Below are positions 38,648 to 48,606 of a stretch of DNA of 64,000 bases, in pieces. The position numbers and the translations under genes are program-made. Source of the stretch: Candidatus Poribacteria bacterium (lineage in GTDB: Bacteria; Poribacteria; WGA-4E; WGA-3G); assembly GCA_965215265.1 (NCBI GenBank), contig OZ244048.1, positions 4,384,001 to 4,448,000 on the forward strand, read 5' to 3'. The stretch's first letter is position 1; every line of letters starts with the position of its first letter. Below the pieces are notes generated by a model. That model searched no databases. It had not been told where the DNA came from and saw nothing but the letters and a program-made list of their open reading frames with translations.

Positions 38648-39193
38648 TTAGGTTTTGTAGCTCAAAATGATGCCGTCGTCCAATGGAATATCGACAGAAC
38701 AGAGGCGTGGTGTATTGAAGACGAATTCGACGTAGTCTTGCATTTCATCGCGCATTGTGACGGTATCATCAGCGACGATTAGGCCCCCGGGTCGGATTGC
38801 CGGCAGTGCCAATTCCAGGTACCTGCGATACTCGCTTTTTTCAGCATCAAGGAAGACGAGGTCGAAGGGTCCTTGACATTTTGGGATTTCGTCGAGTGCG
38901 TTTGCGACGCGTACCTCAACAATGCTGTTTAACCTTGTATCAAGCAGATTGGTTCTTGCCAGCGCTGCGCGTGCGGCATCAAATTCAAGGGTTATCAGAT
39001 TGCCGCCTGTCTCTTTGAGCGCGGTGGCGAGCCTGATAGTGGAGTACCCGTTACTTGTTCCGACTTCAAGTACATTTTGCGCGTGGATGGCCTTGAGGAG
39101 AATGGTGAGAAATTGCCCGTTCTCTGGTGCGATATTGGTGTACTGTTTCGCTGTTTTTTCGAGTCGTTTTAATATAGATTCGTAACGTTCCAT
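38648..39193 (-). CDS. SAM-dependent O-methyltransferase
   Basis: LEVGTSNGYS, FDLVFLDAEK, PGGLIVADD. Confidence 0.92.
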   Translation of the reverse strand: MERYESILKRLEKTAKQYTNIAPENGQFLTILLKAIHAQNVLEVGTSNGYSTIRLATALKETGGNLITLEFDAARAALARTNLLDTRLNSIVEVRVANALDEIPKCQGPFDLVFLDAEKSEYRRYLELALPAIRPGGLIVADDTVTMRDEMQDYVEFVFNTPRLCSVDIPLDDGIILSYKT

Positions 39194-39321
39194 TTTCTGT
39201 TTTTTTTGTCTGTCGCTATCGGATGTAGTGCGAGGACAGATATTCTAGCGGTCTTGTATCGCTGATGCGTTATCCGGATGGGATATACTTCGCGTTCTTC
39301 TTATCAAGGACGCTATAGTTT

Positions 39322-39346
39322 GGGCGGCACTGCGACAGTGCCGCCC
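39322..39346 (-). terminator. GC-rich hairpin after LamG gene
   Basis: GGGCGGCACTG-CGA-CAGTGCCGCCC; no U-tract. Confidence 0.45.
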
Positions 39347-39363
39347 TCAGCAGAATTGCTAAC

Positions 39364-40146
39364 TTAACGTAAGCGTTTAATTTGTCCCCAGGATGTGGCG
39401 AGTTTATCTTTCGGGTCAATAGCGAGGAATTCATCAGCACCCATATCCATGCTGGCTTTCACCTCATCAGCAGAGAGTGCACGATTCCAGAGCCGGACCT
39501 CATCCACCATACCGGGCCAGGCTTCCCCGGACCATGTGCCGATCTGGATGCGGCTTGTGGCTGCGGCAGGTGCGACTGGATTGTTGGAGTCCTGTGAGTG
39601 TGTGACTTCGCCATCCACGTAAATTTCAACCAACCCTTTGTTGTCGGTTGTGTGGGTGTATGCGAGATAGTACCACTTACCGGTATCCAACCCTGTTTTG
39701 TTGTCGTTAATGTCGAGGAATCCGCCGCCGCCGCCGTTTGTCCAGACCTTAATGCCGTTTGCCGGGTTCATTCCGTAGCCGAAGCCGATGTGTCTACCGC
39801 CGCCGCCCATGCGTGTGCCGAAAACGATGGCGTGTGCGCTTGGCAGCCGATCGAGATTAATCCACGCTGCTTGTGTGATTTCATCTTCGATGTGAAATGC
39901 TGCGTCGTCTTCAACTGCGACGAAATCGCTGGATGCGCCGAATTGCAGGGCTTTCCCGAACTTTCCATCCACCCACTTTGCACCGCCGTTGAGCTCGCCG
40001 GTAAATCCATTTTCGGAGAAATCTTCGGTGCGTCCGCCTTTGCCTTCATCGAGGGGCATGTATAGCACGAGTCCTTCGAGCAAGTCGGCTGTTGCATAAG
40101 TGCTAGAAGTTAAAACGAGTAACAGAACAATAAACAGATATTTCAT
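39364..40146 (-). CDS. Secreted LamG-like jellyroll protein with KLATSWGQIK tail
   Basis: DEGKG, KWVDGKFGKALQF, IYVDG, DEVRLWNRALS. Confidence 0.92.
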   Translation of the reverse strand: MKYLFIVLLLVLTSSTYATADLLEGLVLYMPLDEGKGGRTEDFSENGFTGELNGGAKWVDGKFGKALQFGASSDFVAVEDDAAFHIEDEITQAAWINLDRLPSAHAIVFGTRMGGGGRHIGFGYGMNPANGIKVWTNGGGGGFLDINDNKTGLDTGKWYYLAYTHTTDNKGLVEIYVDGEVTHSQDSNNPVAPAAATSRIQIGTWSGEAWPGMVDEVRLWNRALSADEVKASMDMGADEFLAIDPKDKLATSWGQIKRLR

Positions 40147-40271
40147 AATTTTCCTCCATTGAATAGTTATTATTTAACAGAATACCATAAACACTTTTCT
40201 GTGTCAAGTGTATCGTTTCGAACAAGTGCGTGGCATATAAGCGAAACGATAGCGTCGAGATTCTGCTGGGG

Positions 40272-41108
40272 TTATTGGAAGAGTTTCCAGCTTCTGCCGG
40301 GCAGATCTGCGCGGAAGCGTTCGACGTTCCCGCGGTCTGCCATTGTAACGTAACAGGTGCATCCGTCGGGACCGCCGAATGCGATGTTGGAACAGAGTTT
40401 TCCAGTTAATTGAACTTCTAGTAGTATTTCACCGTCTGGTGAAAGTTTAGCAACCGTGCCTTTACCGTGCCGTGTGACGTAAAGGTTGCCTTCAATGTCG
40501 CATCGCATTCCGTCCATATTGAAATCAGGGAATTGGATGAGCAACCTTTTGTTGCTGATGGTTCCTTTCTGGGAAAGGTCGTATGCCCAGATGTTGCGCT
40601 GCACCGATTCGTTGACATAGAGGGTTTTCTCGTCGGGGCTGACTTCAATTCCGTTTGTTGTGCCCATGTCTACTTCTAGGGGTGTGACGGTTCCGTCGGT
40701 GTCCACGCGCCAGAGCTGCCCTGTAGATTCGCCCCAGTTTGGGTCGCTGGCGTAGAGGATGTCGTTCGCGCCAATAGCGAGGTCATTGGGTTGATTCATC
40801 GTTGATTCGTGGGCATGCACGCTGATGTCGCGAGTTAACATATCCACTTTCAGCACGTTATGGTTCGTATAGTCGGCGATGAACATGGATCCTTCACTGT
40901 TGAAGCGGATACCGTTGCCGATGCTCCCGTCTGGCAGTTCGATAAAAACGGTGGCTGTGCCATCGGGTGAGACCTTTCCGATGGTGTGTTGACGTGCATA
41001 GTTGACAGCATAAAGGTTCCCGTCTACATCACAGGCAGGTCCCTCAATACCAGATGTAAATCCGTTGACAGGTGTAAATTCTTGGCTGAGGAAAAGAGTT
41101 TCGTTCAT
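40272..41108 (-). CDS. SMP-30/gluconolactonase/LRE family protein
   Basis: EGPA, PNDL, NGIEVSPD, DGMRCD, NIAFGGPD. Confidence 0.92.
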   Translation of the reverse strand: MNETLFLSQEFTPVNGFTSGIEGPACDVDGNLYAVNYARQHTIGKVSPDGTATVFIELPDGSIGNGIRFNSEGSMFIADYTNHNVLKVDMLTRDISVHAHESTMNQPNDLAIGANDILYASDPNWGESTGQLWRVDTDGTVTPLEVDMGTTNGIEVSPDEKTLYVNESVQRNIWAYDLSQKGTISNKRLLIQFPDFNMDGMRCDIEGNLYVTRHGKGTVAKLSPDGEILLEVQLTGKLCSNIAFGGPDGCTCYVTMADRGNVERFRADLPGRSWKLFQ

Positions 41109-41434
41109 TTGCGTGCCTCTTATGATTTTTTAAGTGCTGGTAGATGACAGCAGGTGTATGCTGTGCGTTTCGTGTCCATAATCCTGGCGGTTGTATTGAT
41201 ATTATAGTAGATTTTCCGATGATTTGTCCAACCTGAGCTAGGCGGTTGGTGCCCACTCCTCGCGTCGCCGTCTGTGAGCGAGGATGTCCGCTGATTTTCA
41301 GGAGTTACTATATTATTGTAGCAGATCTGAAAAATAAAAGTGAGAGCGATTTTACAATTTTGTCAGAAAAAAAAGCAAAATTTTTATACTATTTTTCGAG
41401 TCCTATGCCCGTGGCGTAGGACTCTTCTTTTGTG

Positions 41435-42616
41435 TTATACGACTTCCATGCGGATGCCCGGCACGAATCCCGGATATTCGCCTGCACTGAACGCCGGGTA
41501 ATAGACATCCTCGCCTGTGAAATTGTGAACAGTGACGCTGCCGTCGGCATTTGGGATATGCACTCTGCAGACGTACTCACTTTCGCGGAATAACTGCTGG
41601 GGTGTGGGTTCGGACTTTCCAACCCGGTATGCGGCTAAAGCAGATTCATCTACCGCAATGCCGAGTCCGGGTGTTTCAGCGACCTGAATTGTTCCGTCAG
41701 TTACGACGTGGCGTGTCTCAAGCAGATCGGACTCCCACAGTTCGTGGCATGTAATCGCCGGTAATTCGGCTTTGGAAAGCACAGTGCCGAGGTGTACAGC
41801 ATAAGCAGTGGTTATGCCGGTGCCGACCATCTGTAACCAAAAGGGTTGCTCGAACGATGCACAGAGGGCATTGGTGCGCCGTAGCGTGGTTACGCCGCCG
41901 CCGACAACGAACCCGCCGCAACAGCGTGCGTGTAAGCAGGATTCGTTGAAATGCTCTACGATGCGTTTTTGGATGGTTTCTTGTAGTCTTCCGGCACCGG
42001 CTACATCGGTGCCGAGGTAGAAGGGGCTCTCGTAGATGGCAACGTTCGGATGTTGGTCCAATTGCTGTAAAACCGGGGCGGCATTCTCTGCTGTTCGGAG
42101 GAAGCCGTTAAAATCGATATCGAGGCGATAGTCTTGTGGTACTGCGTTTCCGACGGCTTCTACTTGTGCGAAGATGTCGCGCCAGGGCCGTGCCTTGAGT
42201 TTAGCGGAGGTGTAGCCGCGTTTGACGGATTCTTCGACTTCAGCGACCCAATCCTCTGGTGGCATATCGATATCCCACCACGAGATGGGGCATCGTTCTC
42301 GGACTTTGGGCCCAATGAGTTGATAGACTGGTATCCCAACCGTTTTTCCGACTGCGTCAAATAGTGCCATCTGAATGCCAAAACCGATGCTATCATCGTT
42401 CATGTAGGCAAACGGGTTCTGCCCGATGAGCCGTTGGATGTTATCGGATTCATCGGCTAAATTTTCGCCATAACCGGTGGTACCGTCACTCAGTTCAAGG
42501 CGGTAGACGTAGACGCGTTCTCCGTGCGTCAATGCCCTGTGCATGTGCCGACTGACGCGTTCGCAATAGAAGGGGACATGCAACGGTATCGTTTCAATCT
42601 GTTTGATGTTAAGCAT
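41435..42616 (-). CDS. Mandelate racemase/muconate lactonizing enzyme family protein
   Basis: KLK motif, DFN, ESP, PGLGIAVD; start set at ATG 42616. Confidence 0.85.
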   Translation of the reverse strand: MLNIKQIETIPLHVPFYCERVSRHMHRALTHGERVYVYRLELSDGTTGYGENLADESDNIQRLIGQNPFAYMNDDSIGFGIQMALFDAVGKTVGIPVYQLIGPKVRERCPISWWDIDMPPEDWVAEVEESVKRGYTSAKLKARPWRDIFAQVEAVGNAVPQDYRLDIDFNGFLRTAENAAPVLQQLDQHPNVAIYESPFYLGTDVAGAGRLQETIQKRIVEHFNESCLHARCCGGFVVGGGVTTLRRTNALCASFEQPFWLQMVGTGITTAYAVHLGTVLSKAELPAITCHELWESDLLETRHVVTDGTIQVAETPGLGIAVDESALAAYRVGKSEPTPQQLFRESEYVCRVHIPNADGSVTVHNFTGEDVYYPAFSAGEYPGFVPGIRMEVV

Positions 42617-42942
42617 GAGGTGCCTCCCAATTTGTCCGTTCAATTCGGGTGAAGGTTGAAAACTTATCTTTCAAGTTTTTTACATTATAGCACGGTTAGG
42701 AAATTGTTGCGTTTCTGATAGTTACAAAATTCTTTGACTCTATTTACGGGGTGTGCTATCTTAAATGATAAAAGATGTCAACTAAACCCGGGTTCATTTA
42801 GTTTTGGACATTTTCGTGGATTTGCAGCGCCCGTCTACGGTGGTGTATTGCGATTTTAGTGTGCATTCTTAAGGGCTAACTAAATCGTTCTATCTGAAAC
42901 GTTAGTCTATAGCTTAGGGTAGAAAAAAAGCGGGATAGTATT

Positions 42943-44073
42943 ATGAGTAAAATTTCACAGGTATCGGTTTTTCCGACAGCTATCGGCATGAAAGATGTTT
43001 TCACTATCGGTACTGGATTTGTCGGTGATAGTGCGGTGGCGGGGCACCATATTTTCGTCAAAATTAAGACAGACGACGGCTACATCGGTTGGGGTGAACA
43101 GCGTGCGCTGCCTTCGTGGAGTTATGAGACGGTGGAGTCTATCACGTCAACGATTCGGTATCACCTTGCGCCGCTGCTATTAGGTCGAAATCCACTGCAT
43201 CTCAATTCAATTAACGATGAAATTTATAGTACATTAAAACCGGCTGTGAGTAACGGGCATCCTTTTGCTAAAGCTGCAGTTGATATAGCGTTGCGAGACC
43301 TCGGTGGACGGCTATTAGATGTGCCGCTGCACACCCTTTTCGGTGGGAAACGTCAGGGTACCTTGCCGCTCTGTTATGCACTGAGTATTGACACGCCGGA
43401 GATAATGGGATTGAAGGCGAAGGCATTGTCGCCTTGCACCTGTTTCAAAGTGAAAGTCGCAGGGGAGCCTGCTGTTGATGCTGAGCGTCTTCAGGCCGTG
43501 CATGAAGCAGCGCCTGATGCAACGCTCTGGATAGATGCGAATCAGTCTTATGTTCCTTCTGGCGCTGTTGAGCTGCTTAAACGGGTGTCAGACATCGACG
43601 GAATCTACTGTATGGAGCAACCGGTTGCGAGTCAAGATTGGTTTGGGATGAAGCGGGTGCGGGATAATACGTCGATGCCTATTGCGATTGACGAGGGGTG
43701 TTTTACCGATTTTGATTTGGCGAAAATTGTCAGGCTTGAATGTGCGGATGCTGTGGTGTTGAAGGTGTGTAAATCCGGCGGCTTAGAGGCGTGTCTCAAG
43801 AGTGCTCATGTGGCGGAAGCGAATTCGCTGGAGCTGCTCGGCAGCGGTTTGACAGAGGCCGGTATCGGTTTCGTGGCATCGGTTCACCTTTTTTCTACCT
43901 TAGCCTTGGTGTTACCGGCGGAATTAAACGCGCCAGCGTTTTTAGAGACGTTGGCCGTGAGCGGTATAACTATCCGTGACAATGTTGTAACGGTTCCAGA
44001 TGGTCCGGGGCTCGGCATCACAGTGGACGAAGATTACATTAAGGCACATCCGCTTAGAATTGCAGGCGTTTGA
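42943..44073 (+). CDS. Enolase superfamily, muconate cycloisomerase/dipeptide epimerase-like
   Basis: KVK, DANQ, EQP, DEG, KSGG, PGLGITVDE. Confidence 0.9.
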   Translation: MSKISQVSVFPTAIGMKDVFTIGTGFVGDSAVAGHHIFVKIKTDDGYIGWGEQRALPSWSYETVESITSTIRYHLAPLLLGRNPLHLNSINDEIYSTLKPAVSNGHPFAKAAVDIALRDLGGRLLDVPLHTLFGGKRQGTLPLCYALSIDTPEIMGLKAKALSPCTCFKVKVAGEPAVDAERLQAVHEAAPDATLWIDANQSYVPSGAVELLKRVSDIDGIYCMEQPVASQDWFGMKRVRDNTSMPIAIDEGCFTDFDLAKIVRLECADAVVLKVCKSGGLEACLKSAHVAEANSLELLGSGLTEAGIGFVASVHLFSTLALVLPAELNAPAFLETLAVSGITIRDNVVTVPDGPGLGITVDEDYIKAHPLRIAGV

Positions 44074-44115
44074 ACGTTCGTAGCACGTGGTAAGGCTTTT
44101 GAGGCCTCTCTCATC

Positions 44116-45303
44116 TTATTCGCTGCGATGTATAAAAGAAGCGATGCGGCGATGCATGAAGAGCTCTATTACGATGGCGATGCCTATTGCCACCGCACAG
44201 AGGAGGTACGGACTTTGAACACCTAATGGAGAATCCGCTGCGATACCGCCGAAAAAGGGACCGAGCAAGATACCGACACCGAGCGTCGCTTCATGCCAAC
44301 CGCTTTTGTTGCCCTTATCCTTTTGCCGGTCTAAACCGTAGTAGAGGCTGCTGAAATAAGTGAAGGCGGCAGAGATGCCGATAACGCCAAATGCACATGC
44401 CCAGAGCGGTGTGCGTTGTATCTGCCAGAGTCCAATGAAGCTCAGAATTGCGAGTATCTGCACCGTTAAGAGGGGTGCTAGCCGGTAGTGCCATCGGGTT
44501 GAGTATCTGGTGCCGAGTAGCAGAAATACCGCTGTTTGTAAGGTTCCGAGTGTTAGCATCAAGTTTCCGAACGTCTGTGTGGGAATGCCCATTTCTAATG
44601 TTAGTTTTGGGGTGATTTGCCGGAGGATGCCGAGTGCAAACCACGATGCGAAATTGGCACATCGTGCAAGGTTGAGATGGGTCGCGCGCACCGCGGGTGA
44701 GGGCGAGTCTGGCTTGAGTCGTTCGGATTCAGGTAGCGGTGTCGGCACGGAAGGTTCAGGTTTATTGAAAAAGAACGTTGCGAACGTCAGTGCGCTGAAA
44801 GCGGCGGCAAGGTAGAACGGCGTGAAGGGGTTGGCATCGTGATAGAGGTAGCCTGATGCTGTTGGCCCCAAGGTCATCCCGATGCTCCAGAAGAGATTAA
44901 AAAACATCACTCGCTGTAGCAGTATGTCTTCTGCCTCGCGTTCAGCCAACCACGCTTCGTAAGCTGGCCAAAAGAGTGCCATACTGATGCCGACAGTGGG
45001 GAAAATGAGGAGTAGATGAAAGGCGTTACGGCAAAAAGGGAGTCCGATGGAGGCGGCCCCGAGTAGCAGACATGCGGCGTAAAGGACGTGCCGCCGGCCT
45101 AGCCGGTCGGAGAGCCGCCCGAACGGGATTGCGAGAAAGACAAAAAAAGCCGTGGTTAGCGCCATTAACCCGCCGAGAAACGTTGAGGAGAGCCCCAGGT
45201 AACTGGTATAAAAAGCGGTGTTCGTCAACAAGCCACCGAACGCGAAATCTATCAGGAGTGCGGGCAGATAGACAGTCAGCAATTGACTGAGTTGAGGAAT
45301 CAT
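44116..45303 (-). CDS. MFS transporter
   Basis: GRLSDRLGRR motif A, about 12 hydrophobic segments. Confidence 0.92.
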   Translation of the reverse strand: MIPQLSQLLTVYLPALLIDFAFGGLLTNTAFYTSYLGLSSTFLGGLMALTTAFFVFLAIPFGRLSDRLGRRHVLYAACLLLGAASIGLPFCRNAFHLLLIFPTVGISMALFWPAYEAWLAEREAEDILLQRVMFFNLFWSIGMTLGPTASGYLYHDANPFTPFYLAAAFSALTFATFFFNKPEPSVPTPLPESERLKPDSPSPAVRATHLNLARCANFASWFALGILRQITPKLTLEMGIPTQTFGNLMLTLGTLQTAVFLLLGTRYSTRWHYRLAPLLTVQILAILSFIGLWQIQRTPLWACAFGVIGISAAFTYFSSLYYGLDRQKDKGNKSGWHEATLGVGILLGPFFGGIAADSPLGVQSPYLLCAVAIGIAIVIELFMHRRIASFIHRSE

Positions 45304-45380
45304 AACCTAAGGAATCTCCGACGAGATTTACACACGAGTTGTCAATATCTAAGCGTTGATGGTACGGAGATATACGAAAA
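45292..45380 (+). repeat. ~87-bp dispersed repeat copy overlapping the MFS start codon
   Basis: gaggaatcataacctaaggaatctccgacgagatttacac...ggagatatacgaaaa; nearly identical to 52615-52700. Confidence 0.9.
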
Positions 45381-45497
45381 TTCGGTGCATGAAGGGCGTT
45401 CCGTAACGGGCGCGGTCCGGAAATTCTGTCGTTCCGGAGCCGCTTACATCGCTTTTTTTGTTTGCTCTGGTAGCGTTGTGCATCTGGACGGCAGTGG

Positions 45498-46490
45498 CTA
45501 TGGTGTGACAATCTCTGCGTCAATCATGTGGTATCCAATTGCGCCTACCGGTTCAGCTTCGATTCCGATTTCGTCTTGCGTGATTCCTGTGTTGGCGGTG
45601 GCTCTGGCGTAGATTTCAACGGGCTCTGCCTTTTCTGGGACGCGCCATTCCCATTTCCAGAGCACCCAGGCCAAGGGTGTATCCTTCGCCCAAATTTCTG
45701 CTTCGTGCCAAGTTTGTCCGTAATCGACGCTGACTTCGACGGATTTGATGCCGCCGTGGTTGCCTGCATCAAACGCTGCCCCGCTCACAGTGTAAGTTTT
45801 GCCGGCGCTGATTTTCTCGTCTTCGCTTGGCGTTCCGATGAGAGTGGCTAACTTGACGGCTGCAATCGGGTCCCACCCGCGTTTTTCCCAATACCCTTCG
45901 TGTTGCGTTGCGAGTTGGATATTGACTATCCACTTCGGGTTTTTTGTGCCGTAGTGCCCGGGGTTGAGCAATCGGATTGGGAATCCGTGTTCGATCGGCA
46001 GCGGTTCGCCATTCATTTCATAAGCGAGTAGCGTGTCTTCGTGCATCGCTTTTTCTATCGGAATAGCGGTATGATATCCGTCGGCACACCGAAAAACAAC
46101 GACTTTTGCTTCCGGTTTCACGCCGAATTTTTGAAGCAGGTCGCGTAAGCGAATCCCCTTCCAAGTTGCATTGCTCATCTGCTCTGTGCCAATCGGGTCT
46201 CCGATACACTTGAGTGTTCGCATTGTCGTCACTGCGTCCATTGCGGTAATGTCCTCAAGCTGCAAAGGGGGACCTGGTTTCTGGATTAATCCGGTGACGA
46301 CTAGGTGCCAGTCTTCTTTCTCCAACACGGCGGGCTCGCCAATTTGGAGGATATAGAAATCGGCATTGGGCGTTATCAAGGTGCTCGGTTTGAGGGGTGC
46401 GGTTTGTGTGGTGTGTGCTTCTAACTGCAGCGGGAGGACGAAGCCTGCTGCACTGATTGCGCTGAGTTTTATGAAGGTTCTTCGTTTCAT
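45498..46490 (-). CDS. Tat-exported molybdopterin oxidoreductase (sulfite oxidase family)
   Basis: KRRTFIK Tat motif, Mo-ligand Cys (LKCIG), YEMNGEPLPIEHGFPIRL, KNPKW, VEVSVD. Confidence 0.92.
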   Translation of the reverse strand: MKRRTFIKLSAISAAGFVLPLQLEAHTTQTAPLKPSTLITPNADFYILQIGEPAVLEKEDWHLVVTGLIQKPGPPLQLEDITAMDAVTTMRTLKCIGDPIGTEQMSNATWKGIRLRDLLQKFGVKPEAKVVVFRCADGYHTAIPIEKAMHEDTLLAYEMNGEPLPIEHGFPIRLLNPGHYGTKNPKWIVNIQLATQHEGYWEKRGWDPIAAVKLATLIGTPSEDEKISAGKTYTVSGAAFDAGNHGGIKSVEVSVDYGQTWHEAEIWAKDTPLAWVLWKWEWRVPEKAEPVEIYARATANTGITQDEIGIEAEPVGAIGYHMIDAEIVTP

Positions 46491-46613
46491 TTTTAGGTGT
46501 AACCTTTCGGTTGAGAGTATTTAGAATTTTGCTGTGCTTGCGTGTGTAAAATCGGTTCCAAATTCTGCACGACATCGCTCCGTCAAGAAAAATCTATGCA
46601 GTGTTTTCGTGTT

Positions 46614-46802
46614 TCAACGTGTTTTGTTGGTGTGCATTCGCATGGTAATTTTGACGATGCCTCTAATCATAATGGCTGTGCCGGTTGCCAGGAATAGCGG
46701 CAACCCCCATGTCCACTTAAAGAAATAGTAGGCAATAAAAGTGGCAACCATCAAGAGAATGGCGATATTGAGAAGTGTTCTGTTCTGATACCAATTTTTC
46801 AT
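46614..46802 (-). CDS. Small two-TM membrane protein
   Basis: 62 aa ORF with two hydrophobic segments and basic ends. Confidence 0.5.
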   Translation of the reverse strand: MKNWYQNRTLLNIAILLMVATFIAYYFFKWTWGLPLFLATGTAIMIRGIVKITMRMHTNKTR

Positions 46803-46949
46803 AATTTCTTAACTGTATCTCTACGTTGTAACCGGATTTCAGATTTAGAGTTTTGCTGTCGTCCTGTGCTTGCACACTGTCCTTAGAAATGTTAGCATAT
46901 ATACACTTGAATGTCAATTGGTTCGATTGGCTTATGCAACTTCTGATAA

Positions 46950-47036
46950 TTTTTTTGTATACTGGAGCCCAATAAAGGCTGCTGCAATGGACACCCTAGC
47001 ACAAAACTCGTCGGAGGGTTCTGATGTTTTGATTCA
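46950..47036 (-). repeat. ~87-bp dispersed repeat copy (divergent subfamily)
   Basis: gaatcaaaacatcagaaccctccgacgagttttgt...gcagcagcctttattgggctccagtatacaaaaaa. Confidence 0.85.
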
Positions 47037-47187
47037 TAGCATAGAAAACCTCCGATCTATAGATGGCAGGTATAAGGTTATCTTGTCTCATGGACAGACA
47101 AAGTGGCGAGATAGGTAATATCGCGAGTCCTCGAGGGCTCGCTTTGCTACCTTTTACTCGCCACTCACTGGGAATACCTAACCTGCC

Positions 47188-47248
47188 ACGAGATTTACAC
47201 ACGAGCTATCATTACATAGACGTTGATGGTACGGAGATATACGAAAAA
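47188..47248 (+). repeat. 5'-truncated ~87-bp repeat copy
   Basis: Nearly identical to the 26482-26542 copy. Confidence 0.9.
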
Positions 47249-47264
47249 GGAATCCGCTAAAGTG

Positions 47265-48602
47265 ATGTTGCTTCGTCGTTCCTCCAAAGTTTTGCTCTCC
47301 AAAGCTGCGTGGTGTGCCTATAACACCTATCGTAAAGGGCTTCGTTACCGCCGTCGGCTTTCTCGGGCTGCGTTCTTGCTGGATGCCCCACGTGAATCGA
47401 TTTTCGCTTTTCAGCGTGAACGTCTCCAAAGACTGTTCGATCATGCTTCTGAAACGGTGCCTTATTACCAAAAACATTTGCGGCGAGGTGCGCTGGATAT
47501 ATCCGAGGTTCCGCCGCTTGAAAAAGGGACTGTTCAGACAGAACTTCCGCGTCTCTGTTCGACACTGTTTCCGGCTCGGAAACGGATCCAGAATGCTACT
47601 GGTGGTTCTACGGGTGCCCCGCTCACGTTTTATCAAGATCGGCACTATTGGAATGAACGGAATTTAAGTGTCTATTACTTTGACCGGTGGGCAGGCTGGG
47701 ATTTCGGTATGCCTCAACTGATTGTTTGGGGTTCGCGTGCGGATGTGGAAGGCGTGCAGAGCTGGAAAGTTCGTTTTAATAATTTTTGGCGGAATCAGAG
47801 TTGGCTCAATGGTTTCCGTCTGACGCAGTCAGCGATGCATTTGGCTTATGAGCAGATGGCACGTTGGCATCCTGAAACTATCCTCGCGTATCCTTCATCG
47901 CTGTATCAATACGCCAAATTTCTCTCAGAAAATGGGTTGAAGGTGCAATGGAAGTTAAAGGGCATTATTTGCTCTGCGGAGATGCTCTATGGGCATTACC
48001 GTGCGTTAACAGAAAGGGTGTTCAACACAAAGGTTTACAACCGTTATGGTGGGCGGGAAGTGGGGTTAATAGCGATGGAATGTGCTGCGGGGAGGCTGCA
48101 TATTAACTGTAGAGATGTGTATCTTGAGATTGATAGTCCGTCACCGTATACGGAGCCGGGGGAGATACTCATCACGCAACTGAACAACTATGCGATGCCG
48201 TTTATCCGGTATCGGATAGGGGACATCGGTCGGCTTTCCGAAGAGGTCTGTCCGTGTGGCAATGAATTGCCTGTTTTGGCGGAGCTGCTGGGGCGTACGA
48301 CTGCGACGTTCCGGACGAAAGCGGGAACGTTGATACACGGTGGCTATTTTACACAGCAATTCTATAACCTCGCCGGTGTCAGCCAGTTTCAATTGATTCA
48401 GGAAACCTTAGAGCAGTGTACGCTGAAACTGGTTATTAATACGGAGTGGGAGGCGGCAACAGAGTATTACATCGTTCAGAAGATTCGGGATGCACTCGGT
48501 GGCGATGTAACCGTTGCGGTGGCGTTTGTGGAAGACATTCCAGTTTCGGCATCGGGCAAACGTGCATTCACAATTTCAAAAGTCGCAAGACAAGATTCGT
48601 AG
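47265..48602 (+). CDS. Phenylacetate-CoA ligase family (CapK-like) protein
   Basis: TGGSTGAP, YPS, YGGREVG, NYAMPFIRYRIGD, SGK; the ORF-track start 47223 lies inside the repeat. Confidence 0.88.
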   Translation: MLLRRSSKVLLSKAAWCAYNTYRKGLRYRRRLSRAAFLLDAPRESIFAFQRERLQRLFDHASETVPYYQKHLRRGALDISEVPPLEKGTVQTELPRLCSTLFPARKRIQNATGGSTGAPLTFYQDRHYWNERNLSVYYFDRWAGWDFGMPQLIVWGSRADVEGVQSWKVRFNNFWRNQSWLNGFRLTQSAMHLAYEQMARWHPETILAYPSSLYQYAKFLSENGLKVQWKLKGIICSAEMLYGHYRALTERVFNTKVYNRYGGREVGLIAMECAAGRLHINCRDVYLEIDSPSPYTEPGEILITQLNNYAMPFIRYRIGDIGRLSEEVCPCGNELPVLAELLGRTTATFRTKAGTLIHGGYFTQQFYNLAGVSQFQLIQETLEQCTLKLVINTEWEAATEYYIVQKIRDALGGDVTVAVAFVEDIPVSASGKRAFTISKVARQDS

Positions 48603-48606
48603 CGAG

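Noticed and set aside
45296-45362. Integron attC site (stop codon inside ...CATAAC, later CGTT)
   Set aside because: No extended inverted repeat links the two ends, conservation continues past the GTT, and no integron integrase is in the window.
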